This document shows positions 18,673-29,949 of a DNA stretch of 64,000 nt, piece after piece. Below the pieces are notes generated by a model that was not told the DNA's origin, searched no databases, and saw only the letters and a list, made by a program, of their open reading frames with translations. How positions within the stretch are numbered: position 1 is the first letter of the stretch; each line of letters opens with the position of its first letter. A program made the translations under genes and the position numbers. The DNA is from an uncultured Acidobacteriota bacterium (GTDB lineage: Bacteria; Acidobacteriota; Thermoanaerobaculia; UBA5066; DATFVB01): positions 512,001 to 576,000 of the forward strand of contig CAWEYG010000003.1 in assembly GCA_963813155.1 (NCBI GenBank), given 5' to 3'.

Positions 18673-19299
18673 CTACTTCGAATAAAGTTCGACGATGAGC
18701 TGCTCCTGGATCGGCAGCTTGATGTCTTCTCGTTTGGGCAGATCCAGGACCTGCCCCTTGAAATTCTCGGGATCGAGCTCGAGCCACACGGGAACTCCCC
18801 GCGCCTTCGCCGTTTCGACGGACGACTTGATCAGCTCGTTGGCGCGGCTCTTGTCCTTCACCGCGACGCTCTGACCCTTTTGAACCTGGAACGACGGAAT
18901 GTTCACCTTGCGGGCGTTCACCGTGATGTGCCCGTGCCGGATCAGCTGGCGCGCCTGCGCGCGCGAGGCCGCGAATCCGAGCGAAAAGACCACGTTGTCG
19001 AGGCGCCGCTCGAGCTGCTGCAGCAGGTTTTCGCCCGTGATGCCCTTCATCCGCTCCGCACGCTCGAAAGCGAGACGGAACTGCGACTCGAGCAGGCCGT
19101 AAATCCGTTTGACCTTCTGCTTCTCCCGCAGCTGGATGCCGTAGCCGAGCAGCTTGCTGCGCCGCTTGCCGTGCTGGCCGGGCGGGAAATTCCGCCTCTC
19201 CACCGCGCACTTGTCCTTGAAACAGCGGTCGCCCTTCAGGAAGAGCTTCATCCCCTCACGCCGGCAGAGCCGGCAGACCGATTCTCGATATCGAGCCAA
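18673..19299 (-). CDS. rpsD: 30S ribosomal protein S4 (Zn-binding form)
   Basis: TTG start with SD GGAGG; [24 protein letters not shown]. Confidence 0.98.
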   Translation of the reverse strand: MARYRESVCRLCRREGMKLFLKGDRCFKDKCAVERRNFPPGQHGKRRSKLLGYGIQLREKQKVKRIYGLLESQFRLAFERAERMKGITGENLLQQLERRLDNVVFSLGFAASRAQARQLIRHGHITVNARKVNIPSFQVQKGQSVAVKDKSRANELIKSSVETAKARGVPVWLELDPENFKGQVLDLPKREDIKLPIQEQLIVELYSK

Positions 19300-19405
19300 T
19301 GGACACAACCTCCGTGCGGACCACCTTGTTCGTTTCCGTCCTTCCTCCCGATCGGTGGTCCCGAATCGGTTTACAGACGATGCGCCGGCCGAAGCCGGAC
19401 GCTCT

Positions 19406-19822
19406 TTAGACCCGCCGCCGCTTGCGCGGACGGCAACCGTTGTGCGGAATCGGCGTCACGTCCTTGATCGACTTGATGTCGATGCCGCTTGCCTGAATCG
19501 CCCGAATCGCCGACTCGCGGCCGGCCCCGGGACCCGTGACTCGAACGTCCACCGTGCGCACCCCGTGCTCGCGCGCGATCGTCGCGGCGTTGGTGGCAGC
19601 GAGCTGCGCCGCGAAGGGCGTTCCCTTCCTGGACCCCTTGAACCCGATGCGCCCGGCCGAAGACCAGGAGAGCACGCCGCCCTCGTGGTCCGCGATCGTG
19701 ATGATCGTGTTGTTGAACGAGGCCTGGACGAGAACCGTCCCGTGCGGAACGCTCTTCTTCTCTTTTTTTCCGCCCTTGAATTTCTTCCCGGGCTTCTTCG
19801 CGGTCGTCGTGGCTTCGGCCAT
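19406..19822 (-). CDS. rpsK: 30S ribosomal protein S11
   Basis: [29 protein letters not shown]. Confidence 0.99.
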   Translation of the reverse strand: MAEATTTAKKPGKKFKGGKKEKKSVPHGTVLVQASFNNTIITIADHEGGVLSWSSAGRIGFKGSRKGTPFAAQLAATNAATIAREHGVRTVDVRVTGPGAGRESAIRAIQASGIDIKSIKDVTPIPHNGCRPRKRRRV

Positions 19823-19831
19823 CTTTCTTCC

Positions 19832-20215
19832 TTACTTCTTCGTCGCTTTTTTCTTGCCGGCGATCGTCTGTTTGCGCGGCCCTTTTCGGGTCCGGGCGTT
19901 CGTGTGCGTCCGTTGTCCCCGGACCGGGAGGTTCCGGCGGTGCCGCTGCCCTCGATAAGATCCGATGTCCATCAATCGCTTGATGTCCATGGAGACTTCC
20001 TTGCGGAGATCGCCCTCCACCTTGTGCGTGTCCTGAATCACCTTCCGGATCCGAGACACTTCCTCTTCGGAGAGGTCCTTGACGCGCGTGTTCGCGTTCA
20101 CGTCCGCCGACGTGAGGATCGAATTGGAAATCGACCGGCCGATCCCGAAGATGTAGGTCAGCCCGATCTCGACGCGCTTGTTCAGGGGAAGATCGACCCC
20201 GGCGATACGTGCCAT
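19832..20215 (-). CDS. rpsM: 30S ribosomal protein S13
   Basis: [26 protein letters not shown]. Confidence 0.99.
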   Translation of the reverse strand: MARIAGVDLPLNKRVEIGLTYIFGIGRSISNSILTSADVNANTRVKDLSEEEVSRIRKVIQDTHKVEGDLRKEVSMDIKRLMDIGSYRGQRHRRNLPVRGQRTHTNARTRKGPRKQTIAGKKKATKK

Positions 20216-20216
20216 G

Positions 20217-20330
20217 TTATCCCTGCCTCTGTTTGTGCTTCGGATTTTCGCAGATCACCCGCAGAACGCCCTGCCGGCGGATCATCTTGCACTTCGCGCA
20301 AATCTTCTTGACGGATGCCCGAACTTTCAT
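20217..20330 (-). CDS. rpmJ: 50S ribosomal protein L36
   Basis: Manual translation [37 protein letters not shown] (not in the ORF track). Confidence 0.98.
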   Translation of the reverse strand: MKVRASVKKICAKCKMIRRQGVLRVICENPKHKQRQG

Positions 20331-20337
20331 TTCGTTC

Positions 20338-20556
20338 TCACTTGTACCGGTAGATGATCCGCCCCCGGGTCAAATCGTAGGGGGACAGCTCCACCAAAAC
20401 CTTGTCGCCCGGCAGGATTCGGATGAAATTCTTCCGCATCTTACCGGAAATGTGCGCCAGAACCTGGTGCTGGTTCTCCAGCTCCACCTTGAACATCGCG
20501 TTGGGCAGGGGCTCCAGAACGGTCGCCATGACCTCGATCGCTTCTTCCTTCGTCAT
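20338..20556 (-). CDS. infA: Translation initiation factor IF-1
   Basis: [32 protein letters not shown]. Confidence 0.98.
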   Translation of the reverse strand: MTKEEAIEVMATVLEPLPNAMFKVELENQHQVLAHISGKMRKNFIRILPGDKVLVELSPYDLTRGRIIYRYK

Positions 20557-21350
20557 GCGCGAAGCGCCTCCGCCCGGCTTTCGGGCTGCGAGGCGCGCTC
20601 GAACTGCCCGGCTCCGAGCACGATCGCCCCCTCGGGGCCGACCGCGACGGTGTCTTCGAAATGGGCGGACCATCGGCCGTCGCCGGTTTTGACGGTCCAG
20701 CCGTCCTTCTGAACGGACACCCGGGCCGTTCCGAGGTTCAACATCGGTTCGATTGCGATCGCCATTCCTTCTTTCAAGACCGGCCCGCGGCCCCCGGGGC
20801 CGTAATTCGGGACCTGAGGCTCTTCGTGCAGGGCCGTGCCCACCCCGTGCCCGACGAACTCCCGAACAACACCATAACCGCGAACGGCCGCGAAACCTTC
20901 CACGGCGGCCCCGATGTCCGAAACGTGGGCCCCGGGCCGGACGGCCGCGATCCCGAGGGCGAGAGCCTGCCGCGTGTCCTCGACCAGCTGCTGGACCTCC
21001 GGGCGGACCTTGCCCACCGGAAGCGTCCTCGCCGCGTCGCCGTAATACCCCTCGAAAATCGCTCCGCAATCGACGCCCACGATGTCCCCCGCCGCCAGCT
21101 TTCGCTTGCCGGGGATCCCGTGCACGACCTCGTCGTTGATCGACGTGCAGAGGGTCTTCGGGTACCCGCGATAGCCGACGAAAGCCGGCTTCGCCCCGTC
21201 GGCCCGAATGCTCTTTTCGGCGATCTGATCGAGCTCCTCCGTCGTCACGCCCGGCGCGACGGCCTTCGCGACCGCGGCGATCGCGCGGTGGACGATCTCG
21301 CAGGCGCGGTCCATCCGGCGAAGCTCGTCGCGGCTGCGCACCGTGATCAC
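20553..21350 (-). CDS. map: Type I methionine aminopeptidase
   Basis: [32 protein letters not shown]; GTG start. Confidence 0.96.
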   Translation of the reverse strand: MITVRSRDELRRMDRACEIVHRAIAAVAKAVAPGVTTEELDQIAEKSIRADGAKPAFVGYRGYPKTLCTSINDEVVHGIPGKRKLAAGDIVGVDCGAIFEGYYGDAARTLPVGKVRPEVQQLVEDTRQALALGIAAVRPGAHVSDIGAAVEGFAAVRGYGVVREFVGHGVGTALHEEPQVPNYGPGGRGPVLKEGMAIAIEPMLNLGTARVSVQKDGWTVKTGDGRWSAHFEDTVAVGPEGAIVLGAGQFERASQPESRAEALRA

Positions 21351-21931
21351 GCGCGGCCCCCGGTCCGGGCGGCCGCCAGCGACTCGTCGATCCGGCGCGC
21401 CACGTCGTCGACCGATCCCATTCCGTCGACGTCGACGAGGGAACCCCGTTTGTCGAACCAGGAAATGAGCGGCTCCGTCTTCTCGCGGTAGACGCGCAGC
21501 CGTTCGCGGATCGTCGCCGGGTTGTCGTCCGACCGCCCCTCGGCCGCGGCGCGGCCGGCCATTCGCCCGGTCACTTCCTGCTCGTCCGCCTTCAGGTTGA
21601 GGACCGCGTCCACCCGGCGGCCCGTCTCCCGGAGGAGGTTCTCGAGCGCCTCGGCCTGGGCGACCGTCCGGGGAAAACCGTCGAGAATGAAGCCGTCGCG
21701 GCAATCGGGAGCCGCGATGCGATCCTTCATCAGGCCGATGATGACTTCGTCGGGCAGCAGATCGCCCTTGTCCATGATCGCCTTCGCCTTCAGCCCGAGA
21801 GGGGACCCCTCCTTGACCGCCTGCCGAAGCATGTCGCCGGTCGAAAGCTGGGGAATTCCGGCGCGGGCCGCGAGGCTCGAGGCCTGCGTTCCCTTGCCGG
21901 AGCCCGGGGGACCGAAGAACACGACGATCAC
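21347..21931 (-). CDS. adk: Adenylate kinase (short LID type)
   Basis: [32 protein letters not shown]. Confidence 0.96.
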   Translation of the reverse strand: MIVVFFGPPGSGKGTQASSLAARAGIPQLSTGDMLRQAVKEGSPLGLKAKAIMDKGDLLPDEVIIGLMKDRIAAPDCRDGFILDGFPRTVAQAEALENLLRETGRRVDAVLNLKADEQEVTGRMAGRAAAEGRSDDNPATIRERLRVYREKTEPLISWFDKRGSLVDVDGMGSVDDVARRIDESLAAARTGGRA

Positions 21932-23316
21932 GACCGGCGACCTCGCAGCCGCGACTTCTTCAGGAATCCGTCGTAATGCCGCATGACGAGCTGCGACTCG
22001 ATCTGGTTGACGGTGTCCATCGCGACGCCCACGACGATCAGCAGAGACGTTCCGCCGAAGTAGAAATTGAAGCCGAAGCCTTCCGTCACGAACTTCGGAA
22101 GCGCGGCTTCGAGCGCCGGGCCGATCCCCGGAATTCCCCCGACTTTGAACCCCTGGTTCAGGAAGTCCGGAAGGATCGCGATCGCGATCAGGTAGACCGT
22201 CGCGACCGCCGTGATCCGGGTCAGGGAATTGTCGATGTACTCCGCGGTCTTCTTGCCGGGGCGGATTCCCGGGATGAACCCGCCGTACTTGCGGATGTTG
22301 TCCGCCGTGTCGTCGGGGTTGAACACGATCGAAATGTAGAAGTACGTGAAGAACACGATCGCGACCGCGTAGAAGAGGACGTAGAGCGGATGGCCGAGGG
22401 CGAGCGAGCCCGCGAGCTTGTTCGACCATTCCGTGTTGATCAGCCTTCCGATGTACTGGGGAAACTGAATGATCGAGATCGCGAAAATGATGGCCATGAC
22501 GCCGCCCGTGTTGACCCGGAGGGGCAGGTAGGTGTTCTGGCCCCCGTAGACCTTCCGGCCGACGACCCGTTTCGCGTACTGGACGGGAATCCGCCGCTGG
22601 CCGCTTTCGACGAACACGATCAGGGCGACGACGGCGAACATGAAGACCAGGATCGCGAGAATCGTGAACAGCGACAGGGTGCCGAGGGTGATCTGCTGAT
22701 ACAGCCCGTGCATGCCTCGCGGAAGGCCGACGACGATTCCGGCGTAGATGATGAGCGAGATCCCGTTGCCCACGCCGCGTTCGGAGATCTGCTCTCCGAG
22801 CCACATGATGAACGCGCTTCCCGTCGTCAGGGAGAGCACCGTCAGCATGATGAATCCCGTACCCTGCATTTCCGGCCGAACCAGGAACTGCCCCGAGGGA
22901 AGTTGCTGCTTCTGAAGGAAGAGCGCGATTCCCGAGCCCTGAATGATGGAGAGGAGAATCGTCCCGTACCGGGTGTACTGGGTGATCTTCTTGCGCCCGA
23001 TCTCGCCTTCCTTGGAGAGCTTCTCCAGGTACGGCCAGACGACCGTGAGGAGCTGCAGGATGATCGACGCCGAAATGTACGGCATGATCCCGAGCGCGAA
23101 CACCGAGAACCGGCGGAGCGCTCCGCCGGAGAAGATGTCGAGCAGCCCGAGGGCGCCCCCCGCCTGCGACGAGAAAAACTCCGCCATCGCCTTGGGGTTG
23201 ACTCCCGGCGTGGGGATGTGCGACCCGAGGCGATAGACCGCGAGCATCGCGAACGTGAACAGGATCCGTTTCCGGAGGTCCGGAATCGAAAAAATGTTGC
23301 GAATCGATTCCAGCAT
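21928..23316 (-). CDS. secY: Preprotein translocase SecY
   Basis: FALGIMPYISASII, GNGISLII, FGGTSLLIVVGVA. Confidence 0.99.
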   Translation of the reverse strand: MLESIRNIFSIPDLRKRILFTFAMLAVYRLGSHIPTPGVNPKAMAEFFSSQAGGALGLLDIFSGGALRRFSVFALGIMPYISASIILQLLTVVWPYLEKLSKEGEIGRKKITQYTRYGTILLSIIQGSGIALFLQKQQLPSGQFLVRPEMQGTGFIMLTVLSLTTGSAFIMWLGEQISERGVGNGISLIIYAGIVVGLPRGMHGLYQQITLGTLSLFTILAILVFMFAVVALIVFVESGQRRIPVQYAKRVVGRKVYGGQNTYLPLRVNTGGVMAIIFAISIIQFPQYIGRLINTEWSNKLAGSLALGHPLYVLFYAVAIVFFTYFYISIVFNPDDTADNIRKYGGFIPGIRPGKKTAEYIDNSLTRITAVATVYLIAIAILPDFLNQGFKVGGIPGIGPALEAALPKFVTEGFGFNFYFGGTSLLIVVGVAMDTVNQIESQLVMRHYDGFLKKSRLRGRRS

Positions 23317-23937
23317 TACTGCGCGACCTTCTCCTGAACGACGATCTCACACCGCCCGCCGGCCTTCTCGATCTTCTCCTTCGCCGACGCGGAGAACTTG
23401 TGCGCCCGGACGACGAGAGCTTTCGAGATCTCTCCCCCTCCCAGGATCTTCACGAGCGCTCCCTTGCCCGTCATGCCGTGCGAGTGGAGAACCTCGGGCG
23501 TGATTTCCTGCCCGGCGTCGAATCGTCCCAGGTTCGAGAGGTTCACCGGATCGTAGGGGCGGCGGAAGATGTTCGTGAAGCCGCGCTTCGGCAGCCGCCG
23601 GTGGAGCGGCATCTGCCCGCCCTCGAACCCGCGCATGTGCGAATACCCCGATCTCGATTTCTGCCCCTTGCTTCCCCGGCCGGCCGTCTTGCCGTGCCCG
23701 GAACCCGGGCCGCGGCCCACCCGCTTGCGCGAATGCGTCGACCCGCTCGCAGGGCGGAGGCTGTGAACGCCCGTTCCCGGAGGCAGCTGGGCCGCCGGAG
23801 GCGCCGCGCGGCGAGCCTTCGGCTGGGGCTGAGGACGCGCCGCCGGAGCCTTCGGCGCCGCGACCTTCTTCGCCGCCGGTTTCGCGGCCGGCTTGCGAAC
23901 GGTCTTCTTCTTCACTGCGAGTCTTGGTCTTGGCCAT
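23316..23937 (-). CDS. rplO: 50S ribosomal protein L15 with N-terminal Lys/Ala/Pro extension (true start probably ATG 23937 with a +1 indel near 23920; in-frame GTG at 23915)
   Basis: [35 protein letters not shown]. Confidence 0.95.
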
Positions 23938-23958
23938 CGTGCTGGTCCTCTGCGCTCT

Positions 23959-24324
23959 CTAGGTGGCCGGAGCCACTTCCACGAGGTGGCGCACCTTGTG
24001 GAGCATTCCGCGCAGCGACGGCGTGTCGCTGCGAACGACTTCCTGGCGAATCCTCCGCAACCCGAGGCCCAGAAGCGTGGCCTTCTGGTCTCTCGGCGTG
24101 CAGATTCCGCTGCGAACGAGGCGGATCCGGACGCTTCCGGAAGCCTTCGCCGCGCGGGTGGCGGGGCTCTTCGAGTCCCGGGTCGCCTCCCGGGCGGCGG
24201 CCGGGGAAGCCGGCGCCGCGGCGACCGGGGCGGCTTTCGCCTTCTTCGGCCGGGCGACCGCCTTCTCGATCTCCTCGAGCGAGGCGACGGGGTCCTTTTT
24301 CTTTTCGTCCTTCTTCGACGCCAT
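23959..24324 (-). CDS. rpmD: 50S ribosomal protein L30 with ~60 aa N-terminal extension
   Basis: [33 protein letters not shown]; lies between rpsE and rplO. Confidence 0.93.
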   Translation of the reverse strand: MASKKDEKKKDPVASLEEIEKAVARPKKAKAAPVAAAPASPAAAREATRDSKSPATRAAKASGSVRIRLVRSGICTPRDQKATLLGLGLRRIRQEVVRSDTPSLRGMLHKVRHLVEVAPAT

Positions 24325-24326
24325 TT

Positions 24327-24860
24327 TCAAGCCTTCTCCGCGCCCATGCCGCGCCGGCGTTCCATGTGTTCCGCCTTGCGGAGCTGCGACAGCGCGTCAA
24401 AAGTCGCCTTGACCACGTTGCCCGGGTTCGTCGTGCCGAGCGACTTCGTCAGAATGTTCGCGATCCCCACCGATTCGAGCACCGCGCGGACCGGCCCTCC
24501 CGCGATGACGCCCGTTCCGTCGGCCGCCGGCTTCAGAAGAACCCGCCCGGCGCCGAAGCGACCGAGCACCTGGTGCGGAATCGTCGTTCCCGTCAGGATG
24601 ACGTGGACCATGTTCTTCTTCGCGAGCTCGATTCCCTTGCGAATCGCCTGCGGAACTTCCTTGGCCTTTCCGGACCCGTAACCGACCCGCCCCTTCCCGT
24701 CGCCGACGACGACGAGAGCGGAGAACGAGAAGTTCTTGCCGCCCTTGACGACCTTCGTGACGCGGTTGATGTGGACGACGCGGTCGACGAACTCCGACGA
24801 CTCGCCGTCCCGGTCGCGGCGGTCGCGCCGATCCCGGTTGCCCGGCTGTTGATTGGCCAT
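24327..24860 (-). CDS. rpsE: 30S ribosomal protein S5
   Basis: [20 protein letters not shown]. Confidence 0.99.
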   Translation of the reverse strand: MANQQPGNRDRRDRRDRDGESSEFVDRVVHINRVTKVVKGGKNFSFSALVVVGDGKGRVGYGSGKAKEVPQAIRKGIELAKKNMVHVILTGTTIPHQVLGRFGAGRVLLKPAADGTGVIAGGPVRAVLESVGIANILTKSLGTTNPGNVVKATFDALSQLRKAEHMERRRGMGAEKA

Positions 24861-25229
24861 CTAAAACTCCAACCCATTCTCGCGGGCGGAATCCGCCAGC
24901 GCTTTGACCTTCCCGTGGTAGGGGTATCCGCCACGGTCGAACACGACGCGGGTGACGCCCTTCGCCTTCGCGCGGCGGGCCACCAGCTCGCCGACTTTCT
25001 TCGCGGCCGCGAGGTTTCCGCCGGTCTTGAGATCGGCGCGAAAATCCGAATCCAGCGAAGAGGCGGCGACGATGGTCGCGCCCTGGCGATCGTCGATGAC
25101 CTGGGCGTAGCAGTGCTTGAGGCTCTTGTAGACCGCGAGCCGCGGACGCTCCTGGGTTCCCGAGACACGCGACCGAACCCGGCGACGCACTTTGCCGCGA
25201 GCCTCGCGGCGCGTTGAAGAGTTCGACAT
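24861..25229 (-). CDS. rplR: 50S ribosomal protein L18
   Basis: [22 protein letters not shown]. Confidence 0.98.
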   Translation of the reverse strand: MSNSSTRREARGKVRRRVRSRVSGTQERPRLAVYKSLKHCYAQVIDDRQGATIVAASSLDSDFRADLKTGGNLAAAKKVGELVARRAKAKGVTRVVFDRGGYPYHGKVKALADSARENGLEF

Positions 25230-25230
25230 G

Positions 25231-25773
25231 TTACTTGCCTCCGGCCTTTCCGACCTTGCGCCGAATGACCTCGTCGCTGTACTTGATTCCCTTCGCCTTG
25301 TAGGGGTCGGGGATTCGAAGCGCGCGGATCTCCGCGGCGGTCTGGCCCACCTTCTGCTTGTCGATCCCGGTGATCGTCATGTGGTTCGTTTTGCCGTCGA
25401 TCGCGATCGCGATCCCCTCGGGAATCGGAAAGTTGATCGGGTGCGAATAACCGAGGGCGAACGCGACGCTCTTCCCGCGGACTTCGGCCTTGAAGCCGAC
25501 CCCCACGATGTCGAGCTCGCGGACGAAGCCCTTCGTGACTCCCTGGACGGCGTTCGCCGCGAGAGCGCGGGCCAGGCCGTGCAGAGCACGCTGCGTCGGC
25601 TCCTCGCCGTCCCGCGTGAATTCCAGCCGGCCGTCCAGCACCTTCGCCTGGACCGAGACCGGCACGGGGCTGCTGACCTCTCCCTTCGGGCCCTTGACCC
25701 GAACGACGTTTCCCTCGACGTGGATCTCGACCCCTTTCGGGATCTGCACGGGGTTCTTTCCGATTCGCGACAC
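25231..25773 (-). CDS. rplF: 50S ribosomal protein L6
   Basis: [15 protein letters not shown]. Confidence 0.98.
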   Translation of the reverse strand: MSRIGKNPVQIPKGVEIHVEGNVVRVKGPKGEVSSPVPVSVQAKVLDGRLEFTRDGEEPTQRALHGLARALAANAVQGVTKGFVRELDIVGVGFKAEVRGKSVAFALGYSHPINFPIPEGIAIAIDGKTNHMTITGIDKQKVGQTAAEIRALRIPDPYKAKGIKYSDEVIRRKVGKAGGK

Positions 25774-25784
25774 GACTTCTCCTC

Positions 25785-26183
25785 CTACCAGATGTTGAAA
25801 AGGACTTCGCCGCCGAGCTTGCTCTCCCGAGCCTTCTTGTCGGACATCAGTCCCCGTGAAGTCGAAACGACCGACATGCCCATCCCGCCGAGGACGGGAA
25901 CGATGTCCGCCGCGCCGCGGTACACCCGGCGCCCGGGCTTCGACACGCGCTTGAGGCCGCCGATGACCGGCTCCCCTTCGTGGTCGTACTTCAGCCGGAC
26001 CTGCAGCCTCGCGTGGTTCTCCACGGTCAGCGCCTTGTAGCTCCCGACGTATCCCTCGTCGGAAAGGAGCTTGAGGATCGCCTCCCGCTGACGCGACGCG
26101 GGAAACTCCGTCTTGTCGTGCCCGGCGCGAATCGCGTTGCGAATTCCCGTGAGCAGGTCCGCGATGGAATCGGTCGTATTCAT
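25785..26183 (-). CDS. rpsH: 30S ribosomal protein S8
   Basis: TDSIADLLT.IRNA, RVSKPGRRVY, GGEVL. Confidence 0.97.
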   Translation of the reverse strand: MNTTDSIADLLTGIRNAIRAGHDKTEFPASRQREAILKLLSDEGYVGSYKALTVENHARLQVRLKYDHEGEPVIGGLKRVSKPGRRVYRGAADIVPVLGGMGMSVVSTSRGLMSDKKARESKLGGEVLFNIW

Positions 26184-26187
26184 GGTC

Positions 26188-26373
26188 TCACCACGTCGCC
26201 TTGATGACACCCGGGATGTAGCCCGCGAGGGCGCGCTCCCGGAAACAAATCCGGCAGAGGCCGAACTTTCGGAGGACGCTGCGCGGCCTCCCGCAAGTCC
26301 GGCATCGCCGGACCTTTCGGCTCGAAAATTTCGGCTTCCGCTCCGCCTTGATGATCATGGCCCGTCTTGCCAT
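26188..26373 (-). CDS. rpsN: 30S ribosomal protein S14, type Z (Zn-binding)
   Basis: [16 protein letters not shown]. Confidence 0.98.
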   Translation of the reverse strand: MARRAMIIKAERKPKFSSRKVRRCRTCGRPRSVLRKFGLCRICFRERALAGYIPGVIKATW

Positions 26374-26385
26374 TTGTCGCCCTTC

Positions 26386-26928
26386 CTACTTCGCGAAGGG
26401 CATGCCGAACTCGCGCAGAAGACTCTGCGCCCTGTCGTCCCGCCCCGCCGTCGTCACGATGGTCACGTTCAAGCCCTTCGACTTGTCGACCTTCGAATAA
26501 TCGATTTCCTGGAAGATCAGGTGATCCTTCACTCCCAGGGTGTAATTGCCCCGTCCGTCGAACGCCTTCGTCGAGACCCCCCGAAAATCGCGAACGCGAG
26601 GCAGCGCGATCGAGATCAGCCGGTCGAGGAATTCGTACATCCGCTCGCCGCGCAGGGTCACCCGGCAGCCGATCGGCATCCCGGCGCGAAGCTTGAAGGA
26701 AGCGATCGACTTTTTCGCGCGCGTGATCACCGCCTTCTGCCCCGCGATCGCCGTCAGCTCCTCGACCGCCGTGTCGAGCAGTTTCACGTTCGAGGTCGCC
26801 TCGCCCATTCCCATGTTGAGAACGATGCGCGAGAGCTTGGGCACGGCCATCTTGTTCTCGATGCCGAACTCCTTCGTGAGCTTGCCCACGATCTCTTTTT
26901 CGTACTGTTCCTTCAATCGCGCAGCCAT
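26386..26928 (-). CDS. rplE: 50S ribosomal protein L5
   Basis: [16 protein letters not shown]. Confidence 0.98.
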   Translation of the reverse strand: MAARLKEQYEKEIVGKLTKEFGIENKMAVPKLSRIVLNMGMGEATSNVKLLDTAVEELTAIAGQKAVITRAKKSIASFKLRAGMPIGCRVTLRGERMYEFLDRLISIALPRVRDFRGVSTKAFDGRGNYTLGVKDHLIFQEIDYSKVDKSKGLNVTIVTTAGRDDRAQSLLREFGMPFAK

Positions 26929-26944
26929 CGCCACTCCCAACTTT

Positions 26945-27268
26945 CTATCCGATCACCGCGCCGCTCTTCTTCGCGACGCGCTCCGGCCGGCCATCCGCCG
27001 TCCGGCGGCGGCCAATCCGGGTTCCCGTGTGCTGCTCGGGGTCCACGAGCATCACGTTCGAGATATGGATGTTCGCCTCCCGCTCCGAAATCCCGCCCGC
27101 GATGTTCTTCGAGGGATTCGGCCGGAGGTGTTTCTTGATCTGATTGACGCGCTCGACGAGCACCCGGTCTTTGCCCGGGAAAACGCGAAGGACCTTTCCC
27201 TCGCGGCCCTTGTCCTTGCCCGCGATGACGACAACGATGTCGTTCTTCTTCAGTCTGACTTTCTTCAT
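26945..27268 (-). CDS. rplX: 50S ribosomal protein L24
   Basis: [14 protein letters not shown]. Confidence 0.98.
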   Translation of the reverse strand: MKKVRLKKNDIVVVIAGKDKGREGKVLRVFPGKDRVLVERVNQIKKHLRPNPSKNIAGGISEREANIHISNVMLVDPEQHTGTRIGRRRTADGRPERVAKKSGAVIG

Positions 27269-27281
27269 TTGCCTGATTCCC

Positions 27282-27659
27282 TCAAAGAACTTCCGGGGCC
27301 AGGGAGATGATCTTCATGAATTTCTTCTCGCGCAGCTCGCGGGCGACGGGCCCGAATACGCGCGTTCCAACGGGCTCGTTCTCCGCATTGACGAGCACCG
27401 CCGCGTTGTCGTCGAACCGGATGTACGAGCCGTCCTTCCGGCGCTGCTGCCGGCGAGTGCGGACGATCACCGCCTTGACGACTCGCTTGCCGTGTTTTTC
27501 CACGAAAGGCGAGTCGGGGGCGCACTCCTTGACCGACGCCGTGATCACGTCGCCGAGATACGCGTACCGGGAGTTCGATCCGCCCTTCTTCTTGATGCAC
27601 GCGATCTTTCGGGCGCCGGAGTTGTCGGCGACTTCCAGAACCGTTCCCATCTGAATCAT
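27282..27659 (-). CDS. rplN: 50S ribosomal protein L14
   Basis: VADNSGA, FDDNAAV, SLAPEVL. Confidence 0.99.
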   Translation of the reverse strand: MIQMGTVLEVADNSGARKIACIKKKGGSNSRYAYLGDVITASVKECAPDSPFVEKHGKRVVKAVIVRTRRQQRRKDGSYIRFDDNAAVLVNAENEPVGTRVFGPVARELREKKFMKIISLAPEVL

Positions 27660-27662
27660 GGC

Positions 27663-27935
27663 CTAAGCCTGCGCTTTCCTGAGAACTTCACGGAGCGACC
27701 AGCGTTTCCGCTTCGAAAGCGGGCGCGTCTCTTCGATGGAAACCCGATCGCCGATCGAGGCGATCTCCTTTTCGTCGTGCGCCATGAACCGCGACCGGCG
27801 CTTGATGTAGCGCTGATAACGCGGGTGCAGAACGGTGCGCTCCACCTCGACGACGACGCTCTTGTCCATCTTGTCGGAGATCACCTTGCCGACTTTGATC
27901 TGGCGCTTCTTCTGAGTATCGGCCGTCTGAGTCAC
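27663..27935 (-). CDS. rpsQ: 30S ribosomal protein S17
   Basis: [19 protein letters not shown]; GTG start overlapping the rpmC stop. Confidence 0.97.
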   Translation of the reverse strand: MTQTADTQKKRQIKVGKVISDKMDKSVVVEVERTVLHPRYQRYIKRRSRFMAHDEKEIASIGDRVSIEETRPLSKRKRWSLREVLRKAQA

Positions 27936-28135
27936 GCTTTTTCTCCGTTTGCCCGCGCGAAGGTCTTCACGCGCGCGATGTCCCGGCGAACGTTCCGCAG
28001 CCTCGCCGGATTCTCCAACTGCCCCGTCGTCTTCTGCAGGCGCAGTTTCCACAGCGCGTCCCGCAGCTCTCGCTCTTTCGCATGGAGGGCGTCCACCGCC
28101 TCTCCCCTCAACTGGTCGAGATCCTTCTTCTTCAT
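27932..28135 (-). CDS. rpmC: 50S ribosomal protein L29
   Basis: [21 protein letters not shown]. Confidence 0.96.
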   Translation of the reverse strand: MKKKDLDQLRGEAVDALHAKERELRDALWKLRLQKTTGQLENPARLRNVRRDIARVKTFARANGEKA

Positions 28136-28139
28136 CGCC

Positions 28140-28562
28140 TCAAGCCACCTTTCCTTCGTGGCGCGAGATGAACCGCGTCTTGATTCCGATCTTGTCGCCG
28201 GCGAGCCGCATCGCGGCCTTTGCCGTCGCATCATCGACGCCTTCCATCTCGAACAGGATGCGAGCCGGCTTCACGACGGCGACCCATCCTTCGGGAGCTC
28301 CTTTTCCCTTGCCCATTCGGGTTTCGGCGGGCTTCTTCGTGTAGGGCTTGTCGGGAAAGATCCGGATCCAGATCTTCCCGCCGCGCTTGATGTGGCGCGT
28401 CATCGCGATTCGCGCCGCCTCGATCTGTCGCGCGGTCACCCACCCCGGCTCCAGAGCCTGGAGCCCGTAGTCCCCGAACGACAGCTCGCCGCCGCGCAGC
28501 GCCTTGCCGCGCATGCGGCCGCGCTGCTGCTTTCGAAACTTGACCTTGCTGGGCATCAACAT
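28140..28562 (-). CDS. rplP: 50S ribosomal protein L16
   Basis: [16 protein letters not shown]. Confidence 0.99.
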   Translation of the reverse strand: MLMPSKVKFRKQQRGRMRGKALRGGELSFGDYGLQALEPGWVTARQIEAARIAMTRHIKRGGKIWIRIFPDKPYTKKPAETRMGKGKGAPEGWVAVVKPARILFEMEGVDDATAKAAMRLAGDKIGIKTRFISRHEGKVA

Positions 28563-28574
28563 GACGGTTCTTCC

Positions 28575-29240
28575 CTATGCCGTTTTCTTCGTCTCGCGGC
28601 GGCGGTTCTTCATCTTGTGCTGCTCGCCGCGGTAGATCCACGCCTTGACCCCGATCTTGCCGTAGGTCGTCTGCGCCTCCGCAAACCCGTAGTCGATGTC
28701 CGCCTTGAGGGTGTGGAGCGGAAGACGCCCCTCCTGGTACCACTCGGAACGAGCGATCTCGGCGCCGTTCAGGCGGCCGGCGCACCGGATCTTGATCCCC
28801 TGAGCCCCGAACCGCTGCGCGGATTCGATCGCCTTCTTCATGGCCCTCCGAAACGCGACGCGGCGCTCGAGCTGCATCGCGATCGACTCCGCGACGAGCT
28901 GCGCGTCGGTCTCGGGCCGCTGGATTTCAATGATGTTGATGTGGACTTCGTTCTTCGTCTTGCGCTGCAGCTCGTCGCGCAGCTTGTCGACTTCCGCCCC
29001 GCGCTTGCCGATGATGACGCCGGGCCGGGACGTCTGCACGTTGACCTTCAACTTGTTCGCGTACCGCTCGACGTCGATTTCCGAAACGCCCGCGTGCGAG
29101 AGACGGTTCTTGAGCTCGCGACGGAGCTTCATGTCCTCGTGCAGGTGCTCGAGATACTGGCCGCGCTCGGCGTACCAGCGCGAATGCCACGTCCGGTTGA
29201 AGCCGAGACGAAATCCGTAGGGGTGAACCTTTTGACCCAT
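28575..29240 (-). CDS. rpsC: 30S ribosomal protein S3
   Basis: [23 protein letters not shown]. Confidence 0.99.
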   Translation of the reverse strand: MGQKVHPYGFRLGFNRTWHSRWYAERGQYLEHLHEDMKLRRELKNRLSHAGVSEIDVERYANKLKVNVQTSRPGVIIGKRGAEVDKLRDELQRKTKNEVHINIIEIQRPETDAQLVAESIAMQLERRVAFRRAMKKAIESAQRFGAQGIKIRCAGRLNGAEIARSEWYQEGRLPLHTLKADIDYGFAEAQTTYGKIGVKAWIYRGEQHKMKNRRRETKKTA

Positions 29241-29241
29241 C

Positions 29242-29586
29242 TTAACCTCTCGCCTCGTCCGAAACTTCGAGGGTGACGTGGCTTTTTCGTTTCTGAATCC
29301 TGTAGGCCCGGCCCATCGGAGCCGGACGAATTCGCTTTTCGATCGGGCCGCCGTCGACATGAATCTTCCGGACGACCAACGTGTCGACGTCCACGCCGGA
29401 CTCCTTCTGTTCCGCATTCGCGATCGCCGATTTCAGGAGCTTCAGGATGTCGCGGGACGCGTATTTCGGCGTCGCGCGGAGAATCGCGGCGGCGTCGTTG
29501 ACCTTTTTTCCCCGGATCAGGTCCGCGACGAGGCGCACCTTCTGGGCGGAGCCTTTCATGAAGCGAAGCTTGGCGACGGCGTTCAT
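29242..29586 (-). CDS. rplV: 50S ribosomal protein L22
   Basis: [17 protein letters not shown]. Confidence 0.98.
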   Translation of the reverse strand: MNAVAKLRFMKGSAQKVRLVADLIRGKKVNDAAAILRATPKYASRDILKLLKSAIANAEQKESGVDVDTLVVRKIHVDGGPIEKRIRPAPMGRAYRIQKRKSHVTLEVSDEARG

Positions 29587-29598
29587 CGAATCTTCTCC

Positions 29599-29943
29599 TT
29601 AACCCTTCGGAGCCGGAGCCGCCGGCGCCGCGCCCGGCGCCGACACCGGAGCTCCGCCCGGCTTGGCTCCCGCCGCGTCCGCCTTCTTGCCCCCGTGGCC
29701 CTTGAAGATGCGCGTCGGCGAGAACTCCCCGAGCTTGTGCCCGACCATGTTCTCCGCGATGTAGACGGGAATGAATTTTCTTCCGTTGTGAACGGCGATC
29801 GTGTGGCCCACCATGTCGGGAATGACCGTCGAACGCCGCGACCACGTCTTGACGACCTTCTTTTCCCGCGTTTCGTTCAGGGCGTCCACCTTCTTCTTGA
29901 GGTGGTCGTCCACGAACGCGCCCTTCTTGATCGATCTCGACAT
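29599..29943 (-). CDS. rpsS: 30S ribosomal protein S19 with Ala/Pro C-terminal tail
   Basis: [18 protein letters not shown]. Confidence 0.99.
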   Translation of the reverse strand: MSRSIKKGAFVDDHLKKKVDALNETREKKVVKTWSRRSTVIPDMVGHTIAVHNGRKFIPVYIAENMVGHKLGEFSPTRIFKGHGGKKADAAGAKPGGAPVSAPGAAPAAPAPKG

Positions 29944-29949
29944 GGTTGC

